A stretch of 64,000 nucleotides of DNA from Trueperaceae bacterium (GCA_965213705.1 OZ243913.1:448001-512000); one strand, 5' to 3'; shown: positions 41,136 to 50,844, counted from the stretch's first letter. Program-made: numbers and translations. The notes: a model not told the origin generated them from the sequence alone.

Positions 41136-41600
41136 TCACGGATGGTTGTTTGGATTTTCAACCGTCAAATCTTCAGCCTGTGCCGCATTGTTCAGCTCCT
41201 TATCTGCGGAAACTAAAGTCAGCGGCAACAACCCGTATCCAAGTCTTTCACCCTTTGTCTCTAATGCAGCTGCCAACTGGACCGCGTCATAACCGCGTAA
41301 GCTGTAGGTCTCTGCTAGGCGTAGTGCTGTCACAATGACAGATTCGCTTATCGCAATGTGTGTAAAACGGAGCGGAAACTCTCGCCGCAAACGTCGTAAC
41401 GCCTTCGATGTTTGGTCGGCTGAAAGCGTCTTGCCTTTCTGCCTGCGAATCAAAGCCGCACAAACTTCGACTTCCGTTATCCTTGCCGCGTAAAGTCGGT
41501 TTTTCGCCGCTGGGCGTAGCAAATTCAAAACGTATCTGCTGCCGCGTTCCTACGCAAAGCGTTTGACAAAGGCACTGCTTTCAAGAAAATAAGCTGGCAC
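41136..41600 (-). pseudogene. vapC: PIN-domain toxin (VapC) with an in-frame TAG at codon 17
   Basis: GTG at 41600 reads MPAYFLESSAFVKRFA*ERGSRYVLNLL...; TAG at 41550-41552; downstream LRGYDAVQLA and LVSAD PIN motifs are intact. Confidence 0.8.
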
Positions 41601-41881
41601 TAGCGGCGTTCACGAATAATGGTTTCTGACAGTGGCTCGCCTTCGACCTTAATCAGTTCAAACGTGTCGAACTCCGCGTCGGGTTCGCCTCGAGTGGCAA
41701 TGTTACTGGTAACGCCTTTGGATAAAAGGTAACGCTCGAACTCGTCCTCGAGGCGTTCGGCTTCTTCGTCCGGCAGTGCGGCTTCTTTTTCACGCAGGTA
41801 GTTTGCCAACTCATCAGCCACTTGACGCGCGTCGCTCAAGGGCAGTTTTTGAATTTCGTTCAGAACTTCTGTTGGTGTCAT
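41600..41881 (-). CDS. Putative antitoxin
   Basis: 93 aa, acidic, ends GEPLSETIIRERR (VapB-like tail); 1-nt overlap with the PIN gene start. Confidence 0.7.
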   Translation of the reverse strand: MTPTEVLNEIQKLPLSDARQVADELANYLREKEAALPDEEAERLEDEFERYLLSKGVTSNIATRGEPDAEFDTFELIKVEGEPLSETIIRERR

Positions 41882-41909
41882 GAGTCAGCCTATCAAACGG
41901 CAGCTACCT

Positions 41910-44597
41910 TTAGGTGAGCTTTTTCAGAAAAATAGACTCTCTACCCCGCTCCGTTAAGAAGTACAAGTTCTCTCTGGCACGGGTTATTGCCACATAAAAA
42001 AGCCTTTTTTCTTCCTCATAGGCGTCAGCTAAGCTGCGACCAAAAAGTCTATAAAGTTCGTTATCAGGATGAAGAAGTGGGAATTTGTTCTCGGTCACCT
42101 CAAGAATTATGACGACATCAGCCTCTTTACCTTTCATTTTGTGTACTGTCTCTACTCTAATTTTGTCAAAATCAACTTGAAGCCCTTTTTTGACTTCACT
42201 GAGCAAATTTTCCAAGAGCTTGTCCCTAAACTCGGCAAGTGTTACGCCCGAGCCAACGCGTCCTGTTCGGGAAAGGATGTCAAGTGTCGTATCTGGCTTA
42301 GTTTTGAAATGTTCACGGGCAATGTTGAAACAAAGTTTGAGATACTTTGCCTCTGTAGAAAAGTCAATCCTAGCATCCTTCGTTGGACCGCTACCGGAGT
42401 TGTCAGTGTTGAAGCTGAATTTTTTTTCTTCTCCTTTAAGAATCCAAGCGTCGCCATCTTCAATATTCCGAACAATAAATTTACCGGCTGGCTTTGATGG
42501 CAAAGCCCTAGAAGGCGCACCCAATCCTTCCATGAAACGATTGCCCAATTCGACGATTTTTCTTTGGCTTCTAAAATTAGTGCTTAGAAGTGCAATGTCT
42601 GAAGGGGGATAATTGTCGGCAAATTTGTAGAAGTATTTTAGGTCTGACCCAGCAAAGCCGTTAATAGCCTGCCAATCATCGCCAACGGCAACAATTTTCA
42701 GGTCGGGGTTAACATTTCTTACAGACTCAACCAGCTGATAGAAAGCTTTTGAAAAATCTTGAAATTCGTCAATCAGCAGCCACTCGAGTTCTTTGAGATT
42801 GCCGCCCTGATTCTCCTCACCAATCATGCAATCTCCGCGACGCTCATCAACGACGACTTTAGCTTTCAAGAGTAGATCATCAAAATCAATTTGTCCTTCG
42901 GCAATCATCTGTGATTCATAGCGAGAGTAGACATGTTGCGCTACCCACAAAAACGCAGCCTCTCGCTCTTCCGTCGAATGGTAGTCTTCAATTTTCTTAC
43001 GTGCGTCATCTGCTGTCCAACCAAGCTGCTTAGCTTTTTTTATAAAACTTAGAAACATGTCCAAAAGGCGAATTTTGTATTTTCCCTTTGAAATGACAAG
43101 CTTACGGTACAATTCATCAAAGGGTAGCTTCTTACAGGTTACGCCATTTTCTTCCAAACGCGCTTTAAGCTTGTCCTCAAAGTTTTTTCTCCTCTTTTTG
43201 ATATTTTTCTCGTCGTATAAAATATCACGAGGTGAAGTTTCAATTAGGGTATACTCGGGTTTCACGTCACGCCAGTATTCACGTTTCCAGCGCATTTCTT
43301 CAACATATTCTTCGAAGGTTTTGTTCCGCCACGGTGTTGGTTTTGGATCAAACTCATCCACACCCCAATGCTCCAAGACATACTTCTTTTCTGCAACCTT
43401 GAACGTAAAATCAGGATGGTAACCTCTACCTTTACCTTTTGGTAAAAAGTACTGCTCATAAGAATAAGAAATATCGTGCTCGAAAAGGAAGTCCGCAATG
43501 TATTTTTCTGGTTGAGACCTCACTAAATTTCCAAGAAGCGTCGGGTACCTGCGACTGCGTAATATTGCACCAGCATCAACTTCGTTTGCCTGCTCAGAGT
43601 ACAAATGATTGCGTTGTTGTTGATAGCCCTCAGCGCTTTGGTAAGTTGCCAGATTGTCAAACTGATTCGCCGCGGCCCTAAAAAACTCGTACAGTGTTTC
43701 CTTAAATTCAAATGTGTCGCTTTCAAGGTCTCTGATACAGTTTGCTAAGAACAGTTGTTGCCTTTTATTGTTGTCTTCGTCTACCAGCAATTCAAAAGAA
43801 TGCTTTTCTGGTTGAACAATCTTACAAGCTAAACTGTGAAAGGTACGAGCGTTCTTGAACTCTTTATACTTATAGTCTACTGAAATTCTATCAAGTATTT
43901 CCTCTTTGGCTTGCCTATTGAAAGCAAGTATGAGAATGTTGTTGGGGTTAACTCCGTAGCGTTCTATCAAAATGGCAGTTTTGAGAGCTAAAGCCGTAGT
44001 TTTTCCCGAGCCAGCTCGAGCTTTGAGTTGTACGTTTTGAGATATTTTTGCTAGCGCTAATGCTTTTTCATCGTCACTGGCAAAATCTACGTTAAACTTG
44101 CTGAAAAATTTCTTTAGATAATCTGCTTTGAGCTGTTCAAATTTGCCAACTTCAACAAATTCCAAATTGTCAAGGTAAAGCTGGTCTGCCTGAGAAAACT
44201 CACAGGCATCTAGTAACGATTTCACTTGTTCGACGGTGTCCTGCGCTTTTTTGTTTCTATAAACAAACTCTTCTCGCTCTTCTTTGGTTAAAGGTTGATT
44301 GTTTTCGTTCAAGTAGTTAAGCTTCCTAAGCTCGGCAAGTTGATTAGTACGGAGTAACCCGCAGTCTCTAAATACGACATCCGCCTCAGACCAAAGGCCC
44401 TTTTCAAGCAACTCTTTGAGTTTGAAAAATGCTTCGTTTAAAGCATTCTCTAACTGGGAAAGATACATGGTTTTCTCTTCGGCACTCAGCTCTTTTTTTA
44501 GACTTTGAAAGTGTTGCTTTGCTTTATTTATTTCAAGCCTGTCCAGGTGCATTACGATGAATCTGTATGCTACGGTCATTTCAGAAATTCCCCTCAC
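41910..44597 (-). CDS. UvrD/helicase IV-like SF1 helicase with inserted PD-(D/E)XK-like nuclease domain
   Basis: ARAGSGKT, LIDEFQD, VGDDWQAINGFAGS, TNFRS, TVHKMKGKE, EEKRLFYVAITRA; insertion VRSQPE..IADFL..YSYE..PDF..LEHWG; visibly AT-rich. Confidence 0.85.
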   Translation of the reverse strand: MRGISEMTVAYRFIVMHLDRLEINKAKQHFQSLKKELSAEEKTMYLSQLENALNEAFFKLKELLEKGLWSEADVVFRDCGLLRTNQLAELRKLNYLNENNQPLTKEEREEFVYRNKKAQDTVEQVKSLLDACEFSQADQLYLDNLEFVEVGKFEQLKADYLKKFFSKFNVDFASDDEKALALAKISQNVQLKARAGSGKTTALALKTAILIERYGVNPNNILILAFNRQAKEEILDRISVDYKYKEFKNARTFHSLACKIVQPEKHSFELLVDEDNNKRQQLFLANCIRDLESDTFEFKETLYEFFRAAANQFDNLATYQSAEGYQQQRNHLYSEQANEVDAGAILRSRRYPTLLGNLVRSQPEKYIADFLFEHDISYSYEQYFLPKGKGRGYHPDFTFKVAEKKYVLEHWGVDEFDPKPTPWRNKTFEEYVEEMRWKREYWRDVKPEYTLIETSPRDILYDEKNIKKRRKNFEDKLKARLEENGVTCKKLPFDELYRKLVISKGKYKIRLLDMFLSFIKKAKQLGWTADDARKKIEDYHSTEEREAAFLWVAQHVYSRYESQMIAEGQIDFDDLLLKAKVVVDERRGDCMIGEENQGGNLKELEWLLIDEFQDFSKAFYQLVESVRNVNPDLKIVAVGDDWQAINGFAGSDLKYFYKFADNYPPSDIALLSTNFRSQRKIVELGNRFMEGLGAPSRALPSKPAGKFIVRNIEDGDAWILKGEEKKFSFNTDNSGSGPTKDARIDFSTEAKYLKLCFNIAREHFKTKPDTTLDILSRTGRVGSGVTLAEFRDKLLENLLSEVKKGLQVDFDKIRVETVHKMKGKEADVVIILEVTENKFPLLHPDNELYRLFGRSLADAYEEEKRLFYVAITRARENLYFLTERGRESIFLKKLT

Positions 44598-44706
44598 AGT
44601 GAAGACGTTACCTCGAGCCTAAAGTGATAGCTCGAGATACGAAACCCTTCCCGCATGTAAAACTTGTGCGCCCCGAACCGCTGCACGGTCAAGTCGAGAT
44701 GAAGAA
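44594..44706 (-). pseudogene. Duplicated 3' end of the GNAT gene
   Basis: Encodes ILHLDLTVQRFGAHKFYMREGFRISSYHFRLEVT, near-identical in DNA and protein to the C-terminus of the GNAT at 45391-45497. Confidence 0.85.
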
Positions 44707-44720
44707 TCTGAATTGCACAG

Positions 44721-44999
44721 TCAAGCGCTTTTGGGCAGGGCGACAACCTCATCGGGTTCTGCGAGCGCTGTTTCACCGATAGCGTCCCAGTCGATAACGG
44801 CTACCCAAATGTTCTCATCGGGTGAAAACTGGACGCGACCGTCTACCTCTAAGTCTTCGCTGACGAGCGTGAGACACAGCCCTTCTTTTAAGACGATACG
44901 TTGCCGCGCCAAGGCCTGTACCGTGCCGACGCAGTTGAGGCGCAAACGGCCCTTTGCATCGGCGCTGTGAAAGTCGGCGTAAACACGCGGCGCGTTCAT
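44721..44999 (-). CDS. Hypothetical protein, candidate immunity protein/antitoxin
   Basis: 92 aa, acidic C-terminus, 9 nt downstream of the candidate toxin. Confidence 0.6.
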   Translation of the reverse strand: MNAPRVYADFHSADAKGRLRLNCVGTVQALARQRIVLKEGLCLTLVSEDLEVDGRVQFSPDENIWVAVIDWDAIGETALAEPDEVVALPKSA

Positions 45000-45008
45000 G
45001 GACGTAGT

Positions 45009-45335
45009 TTACCATTTCCGCGTCGGATTGACCTGAGTGGGTGTGAGCAGTCGGCTGGCCGCTGTCGGCGTGAGACCTGTCAGGGTGGCGTGATAGGTAC
45101 TTCTACCGGATGTACGAATCACGTCGCCGCCGAGTTCGCGAACACGAGCCACCGTCGTTATACCCAAGCGACCATGAGGAATAGTTTTCGCCAATTCTTC
45201 AACGTTGCCAAGACCACATTCGACGGAAACGCCCGTCACGCCACTCGGATGGGTCGCCGTAGCTCGAGCGATGTCTTCAGGTTGATTCCGCCCGCCCCTG
45301 ACGACAAGTGCTTCGTCAGGAAGCTCACTGTCCAC
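45009..45335 (-). CDS. Hypothetical protein, candidate ART-fold/polymorphic-toxin-like domain
   Basis: LVVRGG...GVSV...TTVARVRELGGDV...HATL pattern that I associate with Rhs C-terminal toxin domains. Confidence 0.55.
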   Translation of the reverse strand: MDSELPDEALVVRGGRNQPEDIARATATHPSGVTGVSVECGLGNVEELAKTIPHGRLGITTVARVRELGGDVIRTSGRSTYHATLTGLTPTAASRLLTPTQVNPTRKW

Positions 45336-45390
45336 GGCTCGCGTTTAACATCACCTCAAAGTTGGTCGGACGATGTTCCCAAGCTCGTTC

Positions 45391-45822
45391 TCACGGCGTC
45401 ACCTCGAGCCCGAAGTGATAGCTCGAGATATGGAACCCTTCCCGCATGTAAAACTTGTGCGCCCCAAAGCGCTGCACGCCCGAGTCGAGGTGGAGGAGGA
45501 TGCAGTTTTGCTCGAGCGCATACGCTTTCAAAAACTCAATCAAAGCTTCGCCGTGTCCCCGCGAGCGGTGCGCTTCGTCGGTTACGAGGTCGTACACGTA
45601 CAGGTTCTTGCCCCAGGCCAGCGCCTCACCGATGTCGAAACCGGCGACAGCGGCGACTTTGCCGTCTGAGAGAGTGTAAGCAAGGCGGTAGCCGCGGGCG
45701 CGCTGACGCTCGAGCTGCGCCAAAAATTCTTCTCGCTTCAAGTGCGGGCGCAACTGGTGCAGCACCGGGAAGCAAGCGAGCCGCTCTTCGTCCGTGTCGG
45801 CCAAGTAAACTTTAGAAACCAC
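45391..45822 (-). CDS. GNAT acetyltransferase
   Basis: LYVYDLVTDEAHRSRGHG, LHLDSGVQRFGAHKFY; overlaps the iolC stop. Confidence 0.88.
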   Translation of the reverse strand: MVSKVYLADTDEERLACFPVLHQLRPHLKREEFLAQLERQRARGYRLAYTLSDGKVAAVAGFDIGEALAWGKNLYVYDLVTDEAHRSRGHGEALIEFLKAYALEQNCILLHLDSGVQRFGAHKFYMREGFHISSYHFGLEVTP

Positions 45823-46834
45823 CACGAGCCTCCACAAAGTCTAAAACCTCGTCTTCATAGCCCATAAAGTTCGCGCAGCCGTGGCGGGTGACGACGATGG
45901 CACCACAGGCGTTGCCCATGCGGGCGCTTTTGAACCAGTCCCAGCCGTTGAGCCGCCCGTAAATAAAGCCGCTGGCAAAGGCGTCCCCCGCGCCAAGGAC
46001 ATTGTAAATCTCGACCGGGAAGCCGGGGACTTCGGTGACTTCGCCGGTTCTGAGGTGGACCGTTGCGCCCTGCGCGCCGCGCTTCACCACCAGGGCTTCG
46101 GGGCCGTTGGGCACGTTCAAAATAGCCTCAATATTGGCGCTCAAATCTCCTTTAATCTCGGGCGCGCTGATTTGCTGGTGTTTGATGACGATGTCGTCGG
46201 CGCTTTGTACCATGCCTGCGTTGACCTCTTCTTCGGTGCCGAGGGCCACGTCGACCAGGGGTAGCAGAGCGCGCACGGTGACGCCGAAGGCGCGCGGGTC
46301 GTGCCACTGGTCAGCGCGAAAGTCGAGGTCTAAAAAGACGGTTTTGCCCGCGCGCTTAGCTTGCTCGGCGGCAAAAAAGGTGGCGCTGCGGCTCGGCTCG
46401 CGGCTCAGGCCGGTGCCGGAGATTTCCAGGGCTCGAGCCTCCGCAATGGGTGCCGCTAAAACATCATCAATCGTCAGCTCGATGTCTGCGCAGTTGTCGC
46501 GGTAATACACCAGCGGAAAGGTGTCCGGCGGCTCGATGCCGAGGACGACGGCGCTCGAGCGCCGCCCCAACTTGACCGGAATATAGTCGGTTACGACGCC
46601 CTCGTTTTTCAAAAAATGCAGGATGAAGTCGCCGACTTTGTCCCGACCCACAGCCGTGAGGAGCGCGACGCTCAACCCTAAACGCTTCGTGCCGACGGCG
46701 ATGTTCGTGGGACTGCCGCCGACGTAAGCGGCGAAGCTCGTAATCTCTTCGAAAGGTGCGCCCACGTCGTTTGAATAGAGGTCGATGGAACTGCGGCCCA
46801 TCGTGATGAGGTCGAGGGGTTCGGCCATGCTCAC
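45812..46834 (-). CDS. iolC: 5-dehydro-2-deoxygluconokinase
   Basis: MGRSSIDLY, YVGGSPTNIAVG, YYRDNCAD, GAGDAF (PfkB). Confidence 0.92.
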   Translation of the reverse strand: MSMAEPLDLITMGRSSIDLYSNDVGAPFEEITSFAAYVGGSPTNIAVGTKRLGLSVALLTAVGRDKVGDFILHFLKNEGVVTDYIPVKLGRRSSAVVLGIEPPDTFPLVYYRDNCADIELTIDDVLAAPIAEARALEISGTGLSREPSRSATFFAAEQAKRAGKTVFLDLDFRADQWHDPRAFGVTVRALLPLVDVALGTEEEVNAGMVQSADDIVIKHQQISAPEIKGDLSANIEAILNVPNGPEALVVKRGAQGATVHLRTGEVTEVPGFPVEIYNVLGAGDAFASGFIYGRLNGWDWFKSARMGNACGAIVVTRHGCANFMGYEDEVLDFVEARGGF

Positions 46835-46883
46835 TCCTGCTCAAACACCTAAATGTTGTCGGGCGTTGCTTTCAAAAAACGTC

Positions 46884-47132
46884 TCAACGTTCATGCAGCT
46901 CGTCGCGTGTCCAGGTGATTTTGCCGTGAGTACCAAGTTCAAAGCCTTTGTCCATGAGTGCCATAGCTTTGCGGCGGGCTTGCTCATATTCATCAGCCTC
47001 GAGCACGATTTCCTCGAGCTTTTCTTTGAGCAATGCCGAAACCGAAGTGCCCCGCTTCGCCGCGATAATTTTCACCTGCTTCAAAAGCTCCTTGGGAAGA
47101 GACAGGGTAATGTTCTGCTTTTCTGCGTTCAC
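46884..47132 (-). CDS. RHH/CopG-type antitoxin (orphan)
   Basis: QNITLSLP..AAKRGTSVS..; WTRDELHER tail typical of PIN-partner antitoxins. Confidence 0.75.
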   Translation of the reverse strand: MNAEKQNITLSLPKELLKQVKIIAAKRGTSVSALLKEKLEEIVLEADEYEQARRKAMALMDKGFELGTHGKITWTRDELHER

Positions 47133-47225
47133 GCAAACGAGGGTAGCACGTTTTTAGGCGCGGGTGGCTGAGGCTCGGGGGCTTCTCGAGCGGCACAGAT
47201 ATACCGTTTGGTGGATTTTCTGATA

Positions 47226-49193
47226 CTACCGCCGAAGGATTGTGTTGTAATCACATTCTGCCTGCGCATATTTTTGAACGGCTTGTTTGAGGTGAGGAAG
47301 GTATAACTCACGGTTCCTCATAAGTTTATCGCGTGTTCCCTCTAATCTGTCGGCACCACCAGCAAGTTCGGAGGCGAGCTTCTGTTTGAGTGTTTGAACT
47401 TCCTGTTCAACGCGCTTTAGGTCTTGTTGCGTGACGGCCAAGGCAGGATTGAAAACAAAGCGACTTTCAACGCGCTTTCTCCACTGCAAAAGTTTGTCGG
47501 TTAGTTTTGGTCCGAATGAAGGCACCCGCTCAACAGCTTTACGGTTGATGTCGGCAGCCGATTCAATACCGAATGACCTTAAGGCGGCAATGCGGGCTGG
47601 ACCAACCCCACTAATATTAGCGTTGTCGATTAAATGATTGTTCAGAAACCGTTTGAATTGCAACTCTTTCGCATTGTCTTTGAGTGCCTGAACTTTCTGG
47701 CCTTTAATTTGATTCAAGTGGTCGTAGTCATACTTTGCCTTATTTAAGCGGTTAAAAGTACCTTCAAAGCTTTCAACTGCACACTCTTTTTCCCACCGCG
47801 ACTGCACCTCATCCCATTTTCTTTTTGCTCCTTCTAAGTTGCTGTTTGCAGTCCGTGTTACTTGTTCTACATCCCTCCTACCTAAAGCTAGGTCAAACCA
47901 AATGACTCCAACCAACCCCCAAAAGATTACAAGTCCCGACAACAAACCGGTGAAGCTCAAAAATAGGAGCAAAACCGTAACCAATACTTTCGTTATCATT
48001 CGGCTTTGACGGCGTCTGTGCGCTTCTAAAACAGGTTTTGAAGTCTGCACCGGAGTAGGCTTGACTGTCGGCAATCCTGGCGGCGGAGATACTTCTGTAA
48101 TCTTACGCCATGCTGCCTCAACATCAATACTGGCCCCGCTAGCGTTAACCTTTATATAACCGACTGTGAAAAATAGGACACCTGGTACAGACTCGAGTTC
48201 GCACCAAGAGCATTTTGGTAAGTGACCGTAGTACAAGTGGTTGGGATTTGCCTTACAAACGACAAGCTGTGATTCTGATTTGGCTAGTGCATCTACCCAC
48301 TGCTTCGGATCAGGACGAGACCAACCTTTGTTTTGGCGATAACCCCCCGCGCCCTCTTTGGAAAAAGCTTGAATAAACAACTGCGCGACCTGGGTTGGCA
48401 CGTCTTTTAACAGCAGAGTATTCGGTGGGGGTTTTATTTGCATCGCCTGTGCGGTACTACCATAAACAAACTTAAATGCGGTTATGGCTTTCTCAATCGG
48501 AACATATTCGGGGCCAAGCGGTGTACCTGAGAATGGATGCCGCCCCATGAACAAAAGGTGAAAGATGAGAACCGCAAGCCCAAAGGCATCGTGATCTTTT
48601 GTGCGCTCCTCATTAGTTAACGTTCTGCCTTGTAACTCGGGCGGAGTGAATGTAGGCACACCTACGGGGCAATAGTGATAAACACCGCCGACATTTACCT
48701 GAAAGCTGTCACAGTCAATAAGTTTGACCATTCCCTTTTCAGACACCATCAAATTGCCCTGGTTGACATCGCCAATTATGTGACCATGCTCGTGAACAGT
48801 AGCAAAAGCCCTAGAAACGTTTGCGGCTACACGAATAAGAAACGCCCAGGTTGCATCAGGGAACTCGTTTATCCGGCTTTTGGGGCCGTAGAGAGTATGT
48901 ATATCCTTGAAGCCACTGGCACGCGACATGATAAATCCCTGAACCGGGCCATCTCGGGTTAAGCGGAGGGTATCCTTCGGCCAAGCGGCGAGTTTGCTTA
49001 AAGCATCAGTTTGACCATCAACCATGTAACGCAATTTCTGCGCCTTGTCGGTAGGTGGGGGAGAATGGTAAAGCTTTGCTACGAACTCAGACGCTCCACT
49101 TACTTCAAAAACCGCGCCCTCGCCGCCTCTACCGAGTTCTGAGCCAAGACTAACGGGATGACCAAGGTGACTAAAAACTTGTTTTGGCGTCAT
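47226..49193 (-). CDS. YegI-like Ser/Thr kinase with TM segments and C-terminal HhH (TerY-P triad)
   Basis: LGRGGEGAVF, VAKLY, IGDVNQGN, LIDCDS, FTPPELQG, GRHPF; ISGVGPARIAALRSFG; AT-rich. Confidence 0.88.
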   Translation of the reverse strand: MTPKQVFSHLGHPVSLGSELGRGGEGAVFEVSGASEFVAKLYHSPPPTDKAQKLRYMVDGQTDALSKLAAWPKDTLRLTRDGPVQGFIMSRASGFKDIHTLYGPKSRINEFPDATWAFLIRVAANVSRAFATVHEHGHIIGDVNQGNLMVSEKGMVKLIDCDSFQVNVGGVYHYCPVGVPTFTPPELQGRTLTNEERTKDHDAFGLAVLIFHLLFMGRHPFSGTPLGPEYVPIEKAITAFKFVYGSTAQAMQIKPPPNTLLLKDVPTQVAQLFIQAFSKEGAGGYRQNKGWSRPDPKQWVDALAKSESQLVVCKANPNHLYYGHLPKCSWCELESVPGVLFFTVGYIKVNASGASIDVEAAWRKITEVSPPPGLPTVKPTPVQTSKPVLEAHRRRQSRMITKVLVTVLLLFLSFTGLLSGLVIFWGLVGVIWFDLALGRRDVEQVTRTANSNLEGAKRKWDEVQSRWEKECAVESFEGTFNRLNKAKYDYDHLNQIKGQKVQALKDNAKELQFKRFLNNHLIDNANISGVGPARIAALRSFGIESAADINRKAVERVPSFGPKLTDKLLQWRKRVESRFVFNPALAVTQQDLKRVEQEVQTLKQKLASELAGGADRLEGTRDKLMRNRELYLPHLKQAVQKYAQAECDYNTILRR

Positions 49194-49986
49194 CCTTGCT
49201 CTCAAAAATCTGGCGTGAAGCTAGCACTAATGTTTTATCGTCATCAGTGCGTTCATTAACCCTATCTGAGTTGAGAAAGTCTGCCAGCAGCAACGTTAGC
49301 TCAACGGAATAACCAGCTTCGGATTTGCCAACAGCGCTTAGCATCGGCTTGAAAAAACGTTGGTGGGGCTCTTTAATATCCATTTGCAGAGCAAGGCTTT
49401 GAATTCCATCGGTAAACATAGTCAGTTCCGTAATCCTCTGTTCCAAGAAGAGATACTCGAGACGAAATCTAGCTTCACTTCCGGTAACGAAGTTGGTTGA
49501 ACTGGCATACTCGCCGCTTTGAGGCCAGAAAGCACATTTATAGACATCGGCTTCCTTGTCCGTGGCATAAACTATCGCCCCATCACCAATTTGAACAAAC
49601 ACTGCTTGACTTTCACTGACAACGGTAGCCAACAGTGTGCAGGCAAATTCACGTAACTCCACACCGCGATCAAGGGCACGCTCACGCAGTTCGTTTTGTA
49701 AGTGTACTACCCAATCTTCGACCAAAGTCCGACTAATATCACTTATTGAGTCACCACATTCAACAAGCTTTACAACCTCGTCTACCCAAAGCTCGCAGGC
49801 AAGAGTTGACCCGTCTGCGGAATGTAGAGCGCTACCCGCACCATCAGCGACAACAGCAACAAGTAACTCTTCGTTCTCGGAATCTTTTAATACAGCACAC
49901 TTACTCGCGTCCTGGCAGTGTGTGCGATTGAGGACGTGAGACGTACCTATAACAGTTGCGAAAGCATAACGCCAGCGCGGCGTCAT
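49171..49986 (-). CDS. PP2C-like phosphatase (YegK-like; TerY-P triad)
   Basis: [30 protein letters not shown]. Confidence 0.9.
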   Translation of the reverse strand: MTPRWRYAFATVIGTSHVLNRTHCQDASKCAVLKDSENEELLVAVVADGAGSALHSADGSTLACELWVDEVVKLVECGDSISDISRTLVEDWVVHLQNELRERALDRGVELREFACTLLATVVSESQAVFVQIGDGAIVYATDKEADVYKCAFWPQSGEYASSTNFVTGSEARFRLEYLFLEQRITELTMFTDGIQSLALQMDIKEPHQRFFKPMLSAVGKSEAGYSVELTLLLADFLNSDRVNERTDDDKTLVLASRQIFESKDDAKTSF

Positions 49987-50663
49987 TCAACCATAGCCCA
50001 GCCATCAGGTGTAGCCGGGTTTATAAGCTTCACGGCGTCTCCTGGATTCGACTGTGAGACGGAGCTTAGCGAGTTGGAAAGCCAAGAAAAAAGGTCTCTA
50101 AAGCGTAAGCCGTCCAACTTAAGTGGGTCACGTACAGAGATTTGCTTGAGCTTGCTGATGTCCGCACCCTCAACACCTACTGAAAAGAACATAAACGACT
50201 TAGACTCTTCACCTTCGCGCACTTGCTGTGCAGCGCTTTGCCATTCATCGGTAGGACCACCGTCGGTGATAAGAAATATCCACGGGCGATAGTATGAAAC
50301 TCCGTTCTGACGGTACACTTCCTTTCGGTCCCGCAGCATCTCCAAGCCTTTTCTTATAGCTGCACCCATAGGTGTGTCGCCCTGAGAGCTAAGGTGGGGT
50401 GGCTGAAAAATATCCGCCGTTTGAAAGTCAATTTTAACGTCAACCGGTCCAAAAGTAACGATAGCGACTTCGACTCTTTTTGCCGCAAGTGTATCGGCCA
50501 TTAGCTCGTCTTTGAAGGTCTGAATGCCTAAATTGAGTTGGGAGATTGGTTGACCCGACATTGAACCTGAAGTGTCGAGTAGCAGCAAGCACGGGCACCT
50601 TGGTTCAGGGTTTTCTGCAAATTCGGCAGCATCGAAAGGGATTTGGTCATAGTTGTCGAACAC
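49983..50663 (-). CDS. vWA domain protein (TerY/YegL-like)
   Basis: [38 protein letters not shown]. Confidence 0.9.
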   Translation of the reverse strand: MFDNYDQIPFDAAEFAENPEPRCPCLLLLDTSGSMSGQPISQLNLGIQTFKDELMADTLAAKRVEVAIVTFGPVDVKIDFQTADIFQPPHLSSQGDTPMGAAIRKGLEMLRDRKEVYRQNGVSYYRPWIFLITDGGPTDEWQSAAQQVREGEESKSFMFFSVGVEGADISKLKQISVRDPLKLDGLRFRDLFSWLSNSLSSVSQSNPGDAVKLINPATPDGWAMVE

Positions 50664-50781
50664 GCAAGCCTCCTAGAACAACTTTTAGATTTTATCGAGC
50701 ATCCATTGCAAGATTTACAACCAATAGTCACGGATTTGTCGTCTACGCTTTCCTATAACGCCCTTTTTACCACACCTCTTA

Positions 50782-50844
50782 ACGTTTTGGCTCGAGCCAA
50801 CAGCACCCGGTTTTCGTGCCGAATGACGGCTCGAGCCAAAACGT
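50782..50844. repeat. Perfect 17-bp inverted repeat (hairpin) between mmsA and the TerY-P island
   Basis: ACGTTTTGGCTCGAGCC (50782-50798) / GGCTCGAGCCAAAACGT (50828-50844). Confidence 0.85.

Noticed and set aside
44594..44776. 60-aa ORF as an independent gene
   Set aside because: Its C-terminal part is the duplicated GNAT tail and its start overlaps the upstream ORF without an RBS.
41136..50663. Prophage, IS or ICE
   Set aside because: No integrase, transposase, phage structural or conjugation genes; GC-rich iolC and GNAT sit in the middle, which points to separate insertions.
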